A DNA stretch of 62,428 bases from Syntrophomonadaceae bacterium. Its GTDB lineage: Bacteria; Bacillota; DSM-12270; Thermacetogeniales; Thermacetogeniaceae. A program made the position numbers and the translations under genes. Every line of letters begins with the position of its first letter. The stretch's first letter is position 1. The stretch covers positions 1 to 62,428 of the forward strand of contig DULM01000128.1 in assembly GCA_012840405.1 (NCBI GenBank). Direction: 5' to 3'. The notes beneath the pieces are model-generated. The model saw nothing but the letters and a program-made list of their open reading frames with translations. It was not told where the DNA came from and did not search any database. Below, in pieces: positions 44,440 through 53,233 of this stretch.

Positions 44440-45306
44440 TCAGAATCGCGGTGGAGGGGCACCCAACCTCATCTTACCCCTGGTCTGGATACCCCCTATC
44501 CCCCCCACACCCATTCCTGCCTCTTCCAAAATATCCTGCAGAGAAACCACTTCATAAATAGGGGTATAGGCTAATCTCTCAGCGATAAAAACCGGGTCCA
44601 GTACATCGATCATTACGCGCTCAGGTGAACTGGCAAAATTGGCACCGGCTTCGATCAATGCCTCAAAGTAGGACTGGCATCCCCCTGCGACGATGATCAG
44701 ATCATCTTTGTTCCTTTCAAACTCCCGGGCCCGGCGCACAGCCTCTATAAAATATTCGGAGTTTTTATAATTATCTAAACTGCGGTAATTCCGCACACCT
44801 TTTTTGACAGCATCATGTCCGGTCAGGACCAAAATATCTGGACAGTGCTCTTGCAAATATTGATATACCTTTTTGGGTTGCTCATTTTCAGCTACATAAA
44901 TAACCTGGCAGGGAACAGCAAGTCGCAGATAGGTTTTTAAACAGCGATCAACATACTGGCGGTCCCCCTCAAGATGGAGCACCTGGCCCGGTATCTCAAA
45001 AAAATCCCCCTTACTTTTTTTGCCGAAAAATAATGAAGGATTTCTACTGTTGTGCCCATGTCTGTTAATAGCCTTTCTGATAAATCGCCTCTTCTTTTTG
45101 AAGAACTCACCATACCTGAGGATTACTTCAGCATTACTTTTTTTCTCCAGGTCAACAAGAGGTGCACTGGCATACAGGCGCACAAACACTCCCCGCAGTT
45201 GAGCACAGAGTTCTGACCCCTCCTCAATAATTTCATCAACTCGAAACAGAATATCCTGTTGGTATGACCTGCGTGCCACAATATCTCCTGGTTTGATTTG
45301 TATCAC
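44440..45306 (-). CDS. yabG: Sporulation-specific protease YabG (peptidase U57)
   Basis: IKPGDIVARRSYQQDILFRV...ILVLTGHD...GGCQSYFEA. The second GTG (45306) has better spacing to the AAGGGGGG RBS than the track start at 45312. Confidence 0.85.
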   Translation of the reverse strand: MIQIKPGDIVARRSYQQDILFRVDEIIEEGSELCAQLRGVFVRLYASAPLVDLEKKSNAEVILRYGEFFKKKRRFIRKAINRHGHNSRNPSLFFGKKSKGDFFEIPGQVLHLEGDRQYVDRCLKTYLRLAVPCQVIYVAENEQPKKVYQYLQEHCPDILVLTGHDAVKKGVRNYRSLDNYKNSEYFIEAVRRAREFERNKDDLIIVAGGCQSYFEALIEAGANFASSPERVMIDVLDPVFIAERLAYTPIYEVVSLQDILEEAGMGVGGIGGIQTRGKMRLGAPPPRF

Positions 45307-45434
45307 AGTCACCCCCCTTACCAGTTATTGCCTGCTTCATTTTATGTAACTGCCATTACTTCTGCTACCTGATTTTTCCTGATTGCCCTTACTAGAAGGC
45401 AAGACTAAAATAGAACCATGAAAGGGTGATAGCT

Positions 45435-45815
45435 ATGAAACTGCGGGGACACCATCTGATCTGTCTGCATTTTTACCGTGGGGAGGGGTATTCTGAGGAC
45501 TATGTGCAACACCTCTGGAAAATGGTGAAAAAAGCTGAAGAAGGTGAAATAATCGAAGTAATCGCTGGAGCAGACGATATCTGCAGTGCCTGTCCTTACC
45601 TGAAAGGGGATCTCTGCACTCATAAAGAGGGAGCAGATCAGGAGATCCGGGAACTGGATCAGAAGGCATTTGACTTCCTTTCAGTTCAGCCGGGAAGCAG
45701 AGTTCTCTGGCCTGATCTGCAAAAAAAAGTAATGGCAGCACCAAAGAACTGGTTTGACTCCTTTTGCTCAGGTTGCGACTGGTTCCACCTGTGCACCAGG
45801 ATACGCAATGAATAG
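45435..45815 (+). CDS. DUF1284 domain protein (putative Fe-S binding)
   Basis: MKLRGHHLICLHFYRGEGYS...DDICSACPYLKGDLC. Confidence 0.75.
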   Translation: MKLRGHHLICLHFYRGEGYSEDYVQHLWKMVKKAEEGEIIEVIAGADDICSACPYLKGDLCTHKEGADQEIRELDQKAFDFLSVQPGSRVLWPDLQKKVMAAPKNWFDSFCSGCDWFHLCTRIRNE

Positions 45816-45851
45816 GAACCATTTGGTAGATCCTTTCTGCTTTAAGAGCAC

Positions 45852-45881
45852 CGATTGATCCGAAAACTTCGGGATATACTA
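45852..45881 (+). promoter_or_regulatory. Possible forespore (sigma-G-type) promoter of splB
   Basis: CGATTG-N17-TATACTA. Same -10 as the spoVT candidate. The -35 is poor. Confidence 0.25.
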
Positions 45882-45904
45882 AGGGAAAAAAGGAGAACAG
45901 GGCT

Positions 45905-46915
45905 GTGTTCAAACCGGAAAGGGTCTTTTTTGAAAGGGATGCTCTCTCCTATCCCCTGGGGGAGGAACTATACAATTATTTTCAGCAACAAAAAATAGAG
46001 GTGAGGTTTACCACCTCCCATAACCGGGTAACCGGAATACCCGGCAAGAACCCACAGGAGAAATTCCTGCAGGCCAAACGCACCCTGGTAGTGGGAGTGA
46101 GAAAAAGCAAAGAGTTTGCCAACTGCCGCCCATCAGCCCACTACCAACTCCCACTGGCCACCGGCTGTCCCGGAAAGTGTGAGTACTGCTACCTGCATAC
46201 CAATATGGGGCGCAATCCCTATGTCAGGATCTATGTCAACCAGGAAGAGATCCTGAATAAAGCGAGAGAATATATCGAAAAAAGACTCCCTGAAACAACT
46301 GTTTTTGAAGGAGCTGCCACTGCAGACCCCCTCGCTGTAGAATCCTATTCCGGTGCTCTGAAAAAAACAATCGCTTTTTTTGCAGAGCAGGAGAAGGGTA
46401 TGTTTCGTTTTGTCACTAAATTCACCGATGTGGATTCCCTGCTCCCCATCAAACATAAGAACAAAACCAGATTCCGTTTCTCTATCAATAGCACCAGAAT
46501 AATCAAAGAATTTGAACACGCCACCCCACGCCTACAGGCGCGCCTGCAGGCAGCATCTAAAGTGGCAGCCGCAGGATATCCCATGGGTTTTATGATCGCA
46601 CCGATCATAGCAGATAACAGCTGGAGGGATGAATATACAGCACTCCTCAATGAACTGCGCCCCTTTGCTGAACACCCGGATCTGACCTTTGAACTGATCA
46701 CCCACCGCTTCACAGCCCGGGCAAAAGAAGTAATCCTGAATCTATTCCCCCATACAGCTCTCCCTCTGGAAACAGAAGATAGAAGATTTAAATGGGGGCA
46801 GTTCGGTTATGGCAAATATGTTTACCCCAAAGAGATGATGGAAGAAATAGAAGGCTTCTTCAGAGAGAAGATCGAGCGGGATTTCCCTAAAGCAAAGATC
46901 GAATACTTCGTCTGA
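45905..46915 (+). CDS. splB: Spore photoproduct lyase (radical SAM)
   Basis: MFKPERVFFERDALSYPLGEEL..., CPGKCEYCYL (CX3CX2C), C-terminus YFV. GTG start with an AAGGAG RBS. Confidence 0.9.
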   Translation: MFKPERVFFERDALSYPLGEELYNYFQQQKIEVRFTTSHNRVTGIPGKNPQEKFLQAKRTLVVGVRKSKEFANCRPSAHYQLPLATGCPGKCEYCYLHTNMGRNPYVRIYVNQEEILNKAREYIEKRLPETTVFEGAATADPLAVESYSGALKKTIAFFAEQEKGMFRFVTKFTDVDSLLPIKHKNKTRFRFSINSTRIIKEFEHATPRLQARLQAASKVAAAGYPMGFMIAPIIADNSWRDEYTALLNELRPFAEHPDLTFELITHRFTARAKEVILNLFPHTALPLETEDRRFKWGQFGYGKYVYPKEMMEEIEGFFREKIERDFPKAKIEYFV

Positions 46916-46932
46916 CTTGGAGGACATTAAAG

Positions 46933-47020
46933 TCCCACAAAACAAAAAAGCGTCCATCCTTCACACCCGGCAAGCACAAAGAGAGAGGAATCCCTTTCCC
47001 ACAAAACAATAAAAGCGCCC
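46933..47020. repeat. 23-bp A/C-rich direct repeat pair spaced 64 bp in a convergent intergenic region
   Basis: TCCCACAAAACAA(A/T)AAAGCG(T/C)CC occurs at 46933-46955 and 46997-47020. Confidence 0.6.
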
Positions 47021-47134
47021 CTTAAAGGACAGTGCATCATGATCTCTTAAATGTTTTGTTCCCGCTTTATGACCGTTTGCCCGCTGTGTCCTATCCGGGC
47101 AGACTGAGCCCTGCAATGGTTTTGCTCCCTATCT

Positions 47135-47605
47135 TTATTTTGTATATTTATCTGCCACTGTGGAGGCACCACAGGAATAGGGCTTGATCTTGGCATCAAA
47201 ACCGCTTCCAGTGATCATGCCCACAATATCCCGAATCATTTCTTTGGTTTCTCCATTCCTGCCGATATCCAGGTGTATTTCCAGATCAAGCTCAGTATGT
47301 CCCTTTGCCGCCAGGTCTTGAGTCAGCCTGCTGGCAGTTTCCAGACTGGTAGCTGCCTCCATAAAGATCCGCTGCCGCAAACTCTTGATGGTTTTATCCA
47401 CTTTGCGACTGTAATAATAGCGGGCTCCCTTTCCTACCCGGTGTACAACAACAGCAGTGACAAAATAAGTCTCCTCCCGCACCTGAGAATCTGTTCCAAT
47501 GATGATCTTATAGCTCAGCTCTGGTTCCTCCGCGATATAAGCCAGCAAATCATCAATAACCTCTTCCCAGCTCATCGCTCCTTTGGTCGGACTGGTGAAG
47601 TGCAT
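47135..47605 (-). CDS. RNase H-like YkuK family protein (DUF458)
   Basis: IIIGTDSQVREETYFVTAVVVHRVGKGARYYY is the family core. Confidence 0.8.
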   Translation of the reverse strand: MHFTSPTKGAMSWEEVIDDLLAYIAEEPELSYKIIIGTDSQVREETYFVTAVVVHRVGKGARYYYSRKVDKTIKSLRQRIFMEAATSLETASRLTQDLAAKGHTELDLEIHLDIGRNGETKEMIRDIVGMITGSGFDAKIKPYSCGASTVADKYTK

Positions 47606-48480
47606 TATTCTTCCTTCCTTTCTTGTAGTTGAGCCACTGCGTCTGCTAAACGGGCAAACTCCTCCAGTTCAAGGGTTTCTCCCCGTCGCTCAGGAGAAAT
47701 CCCACTTGTTGTAAAAACACTTTCCTCACCAGGGCAGAGAAGACCTCCCTCTTTGAGTGCATTCCGCAAAGTTTTACGGCGGTAACGAAAAGCGGTATGC
47801 ACTACTTTAAAAAAGATTTCCTCATCGATGACCCTGACAGCAGGATGCTCCCGGCAGGCCAGTTTGATCACTGTAGAGTCCACTTCGGGTGGTGGGCAGA
47901 AGGCATGGGGTGAAACCCGGAAAACCATCTCCGGCTGTGCGAAATACTGTACAACCACTGACAGTGAACTGTAATCCTTGCCCCCGGGCTGGGCGATCAT
48001 GCGTTGTGCAACCTCTTTCTGAACCATAAAAACAAGGAGTTCCTTATGGAACTCCCCCTGGAGCAGGCGTATAATCAATGGGCTCGTAATATAATAGGGG
48101 AGATTCCCCATAACCTTACAAGAGGTGTAGCCAGGAGCGTAATCATCCAACAACTGCTGAAAATCAACCTGACGGGCATCACCCTTTACCAATTGAACAT
48201 TATCATAACCCTTCAGGGTTTCCTCTAAAAGGGGAAAAAGGCTTTCATCTATCTCCACAGCAATGACCTGACCAGCCCTGCGTGCCAGAGCTGCAGTCAA
48301 AATACCCAACCCTGGACCAATCTCCAGCACAACATCCTCTTTAGTCAGTTCAGCTGCATCAGCAATACGCTCTACAAGCTGTGACTGCCAGAGAAAATGC
48401 TGTCCCAGCCCCTTTTTTGGCGCAAGGCCGTAGCGCTGCAATAATGAGCGCACAGCTGTTGGAGAATTAGCTTCTGCCAT
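47605..48480 (-). CDS. rsmA: 16S rRNA (adenine1518/1519-N6)-dimethyltransferase
   Basis: KKGLGQHFL...VLEIGPGLGILT...VMGNLPYYITSP. Confidence 0.95.
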   Translation of the reverse strand: MAEANSPTAVRSLLQRYGLAPKKGLGQHFLWQSQLVERIADAAELTKEDVVLEIGPGLGILTAALARRAGQVIAVEIDESLFPLLEETLKGYDNVQLVKGDARQVDFQQLLDDYAPGYTSCKVMGNLPYYITSPLIIRLLQGEFHKELLVFMVQKEVAQRMIAQPGGKDYSSLSVVVQYFAQPEMVFRVSPHAFCPPPEVDSTVIKLACREHPAVRVIDEEIFFKVVHTAFRYRRKTLRNALKEGGLLCPGEESVFTTSGISPERRGETLELEEFARLADAVAQLQERKEE

Positions 48481-48646
48481 TTATTACTGCCTCCTGTCTT
48501 TTTTATTATACTACAAATCAAATACCCCTCCAAATCCGGACGGATCAGGGGGACTGTTTCCCTTCTTTCGAGCATCGGATCTAATAGGCGAAAATAAAGA
48601 AAACCCGGCTTGATGCCGGGTCTTAATCTCAATGGTAAGCCATCGA

Positions 48647-49648
48647 TCACTGGAGTATATACACATTTACATAGCGCACTCCCCATCTGTAGCACTCAGC
48701 ATCAGAGGGGAAGAAAAGATCAACAGCATTCCCTTTGACTGCTCCTCCTACATCCAATGCTCTCCCATAACCATAACCATCGACATAAAGGCGTGAACCT
48801 AAAGGGATCACCCGGGGATCCACCGCAACCACCCCACGGGCTACCTGATGCCCAGTTGCTGTATACTTACCTGTACTGGGGCCATAGGCAGTGGCTCTCG
48901 CCCGTATAACCTTACGGTAGCGGATAACATCACCACCACGTGAAATGGTGGAAATTGTCCCATAGGCTATAATCCTGTTCACCGGGGAGCGCACAACCTG
49001 TTCCTTTATGGTTTTTCTGGACACCTCTTTGCCATCTTCATATACAACCTTGACCTGACGAACACCCTCACCTGGTGAACCATCACGCACTACCTTCTGC
49101 TGCCCTTTATTGAGAGTTGAGTCAGGTTTCCTTTCAGTTTTTGCAGGAATATCATACTTCTCCGTGATCACCTCTTCCCTGACCCGGGTTACCCTGATTT
49201 CACAGCCGGGCTCTACCTCAGCATCAAGCTCCGGACTGACACGATCAAGCTCTCCCAAAGTCAGAGAAGCCTTTTGCAAAACACCCCTTACATTAGTAGG
49301 AGTCGTATAAATGGTTGTGGTATCACCATCTGCCACCAACAGCACAGGAAAGGCACGCTCTACAACCACCAGCATGCCATCTTTAACCTCTGATTTTAAT
49401 CCAGGGGTCACCTGGTCATGGGGTTTTACCTCTATACCAGCTTCGGTCAGCGCCTCCTCCACAGTACCCTTGAGGGTTTTATGCCGCAATTCTTTTCCAT
49501 CAACACTGATCCTGATTTCATCTGTGGCATAAACGATAGCTCCCCCAGATAATATCCCGATCAAGGTGATCACAAACACTATTCCGAGGAACAGCTTTTT
49601 CCTGGAAAATTGCTGCCCTCTCCTTTGCTCACCGCTCACCTTGGTCAC
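48647..49648 (-). CDS. YabE-like cell-wall protein (DUF348 repeats + G5 + 3D domain)
   Basis: TM anchor. DUF348-like units (ISVDGKELRHKTLKGTVEEALTEAGIEV). G5 (VVRDGSPGEGVRQVKVVYEDGKEV). C-terminal 3D domain (RARATAYGP...VAVDPRVIPLGSRLYVDGYG...ALDVGGAVKGNAVDLFF). Confidence 0.85.
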   Translation of the reverse strand: MTKVSGEQRRGQQFSRKKLFLGIVFVITLIGILSGGAIVYATDEIRISVDGKELRHKTLKGTVEEALTEAGIEVKPHDQVTPGLKSEVKDGMLVVVERAFPVLLVADGDTTTIYTTPTNVRGVLQKASLTLGELDRVSPELDAEVEPGCEIRVTRVREEVITEKYDIPAKTERKPDSTLNKGQQKVVRDGSPGEGVRQVKVVYEDGKEVSRKTIKEQVVRSPVNRIIAYGTISTISRGGDVIRYRKVIRARATAYGPSTGKYTATGHQVARGVVAVDPRVIPLGSRLYVDGYGYGRALDVGGAVKGNAVDLFFPSDAECYRWGVRYVNVYILQ

Positions 49649-49830
49649 CTCACTTTTCCACTGCCATCAAATAACAGACATCTTTTTGTATAACATGCGG
49701 TTGGCGAAAAAGACGCAAATATTATATTAAACATTAAGTTGAATATTCCTCTTTTTTAATATGGCATATTATGTTGAAAGGCATCTCGGTGAGCGCAGCA
49801 AAGGGGTATTTTTAGACAAAAAGAGGGTAG

Positions 49831-50373
49831 CTAAGCCAAATAAGATTTCATTACTCTCCTAACATAGGTCTGTGTTTCCGGATAAGGGGGTATCCCCCCA
49901 TATCTGCGCACAGCGCCACTACCGGCATTATAAGCAGCTAAAGCCAGTTGCAAATTTCCATCAAATTCATCAATTTTTTGCCTAAGATAACGGGTGCCAG
50001 CCATTATATTCTGCTCAGCATCAAAAGGATCAGTTACCCCTAATGCTCTGGCAGTAGCCGGCATTAACTGCATCAATCCTTGAGCACCGCATGGAGAAAC
50101 GGCCCGCGGGTTAAATGATGATTCATGTTTGATAACAGCACTGATCAAACGCTCATCAACATAATACTTTTCACTGGCCCGTTTGATGATCTCACTGAAA
50201 GACTGTTCTCCCTTTTTTTCTACACCGCCACTTCCCAGCCGTTCACATGAAATACTGCTGCGGGACAACAGGGCAAATAATGATTCAAAAAGGCGGAGTA
50301 AAGCAAACCTGCTAAACAAATCGGACCAATAATTCAAAATACCCACCCTCCAATACCGCTTTGTCATCATCAT
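49831..50373 (-). CDS. Soluble lytic transglycosylase (SLT/GH23 domain)
   Basis: VIKHESSFNPRAVSPCGAQGLMQLMPATA...AYNAG. The start among several candidates is uncertain (ATG 50373 chosen). Confidence 0.8.
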   Translation of the reverse strand: MMMTKRYWRVGILNYWSDLFSRFALLRLFESLFALLSRSSISCERLGSGGVEKKGEQSFSEIIKRASEKYYVDERLISAVIKHESSFNPRAVSPCGAQGLMQLMPATARALGVTDPFDAEQNIMAGTRYLRQKIDEFDGNLQLALAAYNAGSGAVRRYGGIPPYPETQTYVRRVMKSYLA

Positions 50374-50706
50374 AGCAAAACTTCCCTTTTCTAACAAGCA
50401 CCAAACAGATCAGCTACTACCAACATAAAAATTGGCGCCCTAACGCCTATCGAGTCACCGTAGTATAAAACTAGGGGGTTCGGTCATTAGTGGCGCCTTA
50501 TTCTCTTTGACAGTTTCTTAAGTTTCTTATAACCTCTATACACCATGTAAACAATGTTGATAATTAATCATATGTTGCCGCTAATTAACACAGTTGGTTA
50601 AATGATTATTTTTTGTGCATATTCTGTACATTTCTGTTAATAACGACCTTTTCTCTAGCTTCATCGAAACCAATCAGCAAAACCGCTGCTGTACAGTTTG
50701 GCAGAC

Positions 50707-51678
50707 CTAATCCAGTATATAAACCTTCACCTCACGCCTACCCCATTGATAACACTCTTTTGCTGTTTCCAGAAAGACATCGATCCTGTTTCCTTTGATC
50801 AGCCCACCGGTATCCACAGCTTTAGCATAACCATACCCCTCCACATAGAGTTCAGTGCCTAGCGGGATCACTTTGGGATCTACAGCTACCCCTCCCACAT
50901 AAGGCATGACCCCTGAAGCAGTAGGGTTACCTGTATGGGTGTAGGCTGTAGCTATCATTTTCAGCACCCGTCTGTTCTGCAGGGAGACACTACGTGAGGG
51001 CTGCTTTGTCTTGGACCTCACACCAACAGCAGTGATCTGGGTTACCGGTTCCTTGATCACCTCACTGCCTAACTTCCTCTTCTTGACAACCTTCCCATTT
51101 TCGGTGGTTACCTCATACTTCTTCAATAAAACCCCATCTTGTCCAGCCTGTATGATGCGGGTGCTGCCGGGAGCAAGGCTGTCATCCTCTACACTTTTCA
51201 CCGGAAAAGGGATCTTTTCTTCTTCAGTCACAAGCCGAGTATTCACCCGCACCACCACCAACTCCGGTATTTTGTCAGAGCTGGTATCAAACCTAGCCTC
51301 TACCCTGTCCTTTGGCCCCAGCTCCACACCTGCGTCCCGGAGAATATCTTCTAAGCGAGGCAGAGTTGTCCTGGAAACCACTGAGGTCCCATCAACTACA
51401 ACTTTAATGGGGGTTTCCTCCAGGGTCTGCACATACAACCCCTCACCCTTTCTGTAACCCACAGTAAACCGTAAGGCATTATTGTTTTCTGTTTTTACCG
51501 GGTTAACAAAAAAGTCCTCCCAAATGGCTCCATAAGCAGCCACAGGCTCTCTCAGAACTCCGCTGAACTGAACAAAAAGCACCAGCATAAATATTGCCGC
51601 TGCTGTGTAGATAGCAGCGCCCTTAGATCTGCGGCGACTTTTTACTCCTGCCAGTTCCAATACTTCTAGTTTTGTCAC
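50707..51678 (-). CDS. Second YabE-like cell-wall protein (DUF348 + G5 + 3D domain)
   Basis: Same architecture as 48647-49648. C-terminus MIATAYTHTGNPTASG...VAVDPKVIPLGTELYVEGYGYAKAVDTGGLIKGNRIDVFL. GTG start with a GGGGGAGG RBS. Confidence 0.85.
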   Translation of the reverse strand: MTKLEVLELAGVKSRRRSKGAAIYTAAAIFMLVLFVQFSGVLREPVAAYGAIWEDFFVNPVKTENNNALRFTVGYRKGEGLYVQTLEETPIKVVVDGTSVVSRTTLPRLEDILRDAGVELGPKDRVEARFDTSSDKIPELVVVRVNTRLVTEEEKIPFPVKSVEDDSLAPGSTRIIQAGQDGVLLKKYEVTTENGKVVKKRKLGSEVIKEPVTQITAVGVRSKTKQPSRSVSLQNRRVLKMIATAYTHTGNPTASGVMPYVGGVAVDPKVIPLGTELYVEGYGYAKAVDTGGLIKGNRIDVFLETAKECYQWGRREVKVYILD

Positions 51679-52092
51679 AATAACCTCCCCCTGTAAGTGA
51701 TGGTAGTGTTACCATTATTTCCCTTACAGAGGGTTTTAAACATAATCAGGGAGAAATAATGCGGTTGGCCCACGCCAGGCTCGCCCGTTTCTTGTATTTG
51801 CTTTCTTTCTGACCTGGCAGAGCTCTAGGACGTTTACTAATTTGTTTCATGGCATTTATAAGGACTTTGAAGCCCAGATCATTCCTTTTAACATCAGGCG
51901 CACTCGGAGGAATTGGCTCGTGTGCCTTATTTGATTCTTTCTGTTACGGGTAAATTTTAATCCATTCTAACGTTTTTAATACTCTCAGCTAATAATAAAA
52001 TGGTTCCACCAAACAATTGCTGATGAGGAAGGATTAGGCATTGTTGTGTAGAAAAAAGTACTAATCATGTTGCAAAGGAGGAACAAAATATT

Positions 52093-52233
52093 ATGGATAC
52101 TTTCAGAAATGTTTTAAATAAGTTAATTAAAATCAAGGATGAAATAGATATCCATCTAAAAATTCATAGCGAAGGGGTGTCCTTACATATTCCCAGAACA
52201 ATTCTTGATACTCTCGGAAAAAAGAAGATGTAG
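52093..52233 (+). CDS. 46-codon ORF ending just after an A_AAA_AAG heptamer
   Basis: Hand-translated: MDTFRNVLNKLIKIKDEIDIHLKIHSEGVSLHIPRTILDTLGKKKM. AAAGGAGG lies 11 nt upstream. Confidence 0.35.
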   Translation: MDTFRNVLNKLIKIKDEIDIHLKIHSEGVSLHIPRTILDTLGKKKM

Positions 52234-52241
52234 ACAAAATT

Positions 52242-52661
52242 ATGGACGAGGCATTGGGTATTTTAATTAGTATTTTAACAGGGAACGAAGAAAATTACAA
52301 AAATGCAAAAGTTAAAAGTGAAAGCAACCTATCTGATGAACAGGAAAAGTTCGCACTCGTAAAAGAACTATTTATCACTGAAGACTTAGTTAATGATTTC
52401 AAATTCCTGAGTACGTGTAGTGGATATGTATTAAAGCAATTAAAATCAGAAGTCTTATACCAAGAAATTGGTACCAAAGAATTGCTTAGGTACGCCAAGA
52501 TTAAGATTGAGTTTGAAAGTAATGATAGCTATAGCAAGACAAAATCAATTGTATTCGAAACTAATGAACATATGTTAACAAACCTCATAAATCAGTTAAC
52601 CCGCATTAGAAATACTTTGCGAGAAAGGGTGAGTTTAGATGGATATAAAATATCACAATAA
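52242..52661 (+). CDS. Hypothetical protein (139 aa; possibly the -1 frame extension of the 46-codon ORF)
   Basis: An open frame of 146 codons in AT-rich DNA (52224-52661) is unlikely by chance. No family recognised. Confidence 0.45.
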   Translation: MDEALGILISILTGNEENYKNAKVKSESNLSDEQEKFALVKELFITEDLVNDFKFLSTCSGYVLKQLKSEVLYQEIGTKELLRYAKIKIEFESNDSYSKTKSIVFETNEHMLTNLINQLTRIRNTLRERVSLDGYKISQ

Positions 52662-53232
52662 TCGTTTTTATGGTTTAAAAAACTATAATATGGACAATAT
52701 AACTGAAGTAGATATTATAAAACAATCTAGAAAAAGAGGTCCAAAAAGCCAATTTTTTATTATGCAACAATTGCCCAGAGATGAATATAATATGGAAGAA
52801 TATGTATCATATGGGACACCTACCAAGGACCAGAAAGAGATAAATATAAATTATTATTATAACGTATACATTAATAAGCCTTTAGGAGAGAAAGAGTTCC
52901 CTAATATAGGGGGTGAATTAATGGACGAAGAACGAGACAAAACATGGGAATTAGTTAAAAATTGCCAAGATTTACTGGCCAAAAATACAAGAGAGCGTCT
53001 AGAGACTGTATTGAATGCCTTGGTGGAAGAAAGAATGAAAAGACTTAGTGTAGATAAGCTAAAAGCAATATTTTCGCTGTATAGTGAAGGGCTCTTAGAA
53101 ACTGATGATGTACTACGTCTTGGAAATATTGACTTTTATCAGTTTCGTGAGTACCTGAACGACCATAATATCCCCTACCGTTATGAAGATAACTACAATG
53201 AATCTTTAGATGATTATAAGGATTTGTTGTGA
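52639..53232 (+). CDS. Protein with C-terminal UPF0175-type antitoxin domain (alternative short form from ATG 52921)
   Basis: C-terminus KLKAIFSLYSEGLLETDDVLRLGNIDFYQFREYLNDHNIPYRYEDNYNESLDD matches the UPF0175 pattern (A..LY..G.LS.G.AA.L.G.....F...L...GIP..Y..EDLE.DL). GGGGGTGA RBS precedes the internal ATG at 52921. Confidence 0.5.
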   Translation: MDIKYHNNRFYGLKNYNMDNITEVDIIKQSRKRGPKSQFFIMQQLPRDEYNMEEYVSYGTPTKDQKEININYYYNVYINKPLGEKEFPNIGGELMDEERDKTWELVKNCQDLLAKNTRERLETVLNALVEERMKRLSVDKLKAIFSLYSEGLLETDDVLRLGNIDFYQFREYLNDHNIPYRYEDNYNESLDDYKDLL

Positions 53233-53233
53233 T

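Noticed and set aside
45433-45912. 159-aa minus-strand ORF
   Set aside because: It is antisense to the DUF1284 gene (MKLRGHHLICLHFY... signature). It has no RBS and a Pro/Ser/Leu-rich composition.
49649-50706. c-di-AMP (ydaO-type) riboswitch upstream of the cell-wall hydrolase genes
   Set aside because: I looked for the conserved pseudo-twofold ACGGGGA/CCCGAAUCC-type cores on the minus strand and found only a 75-nt hairpin element with a U-run. This is too short and lacks the motifs. A covariance-model scan would be decisive.
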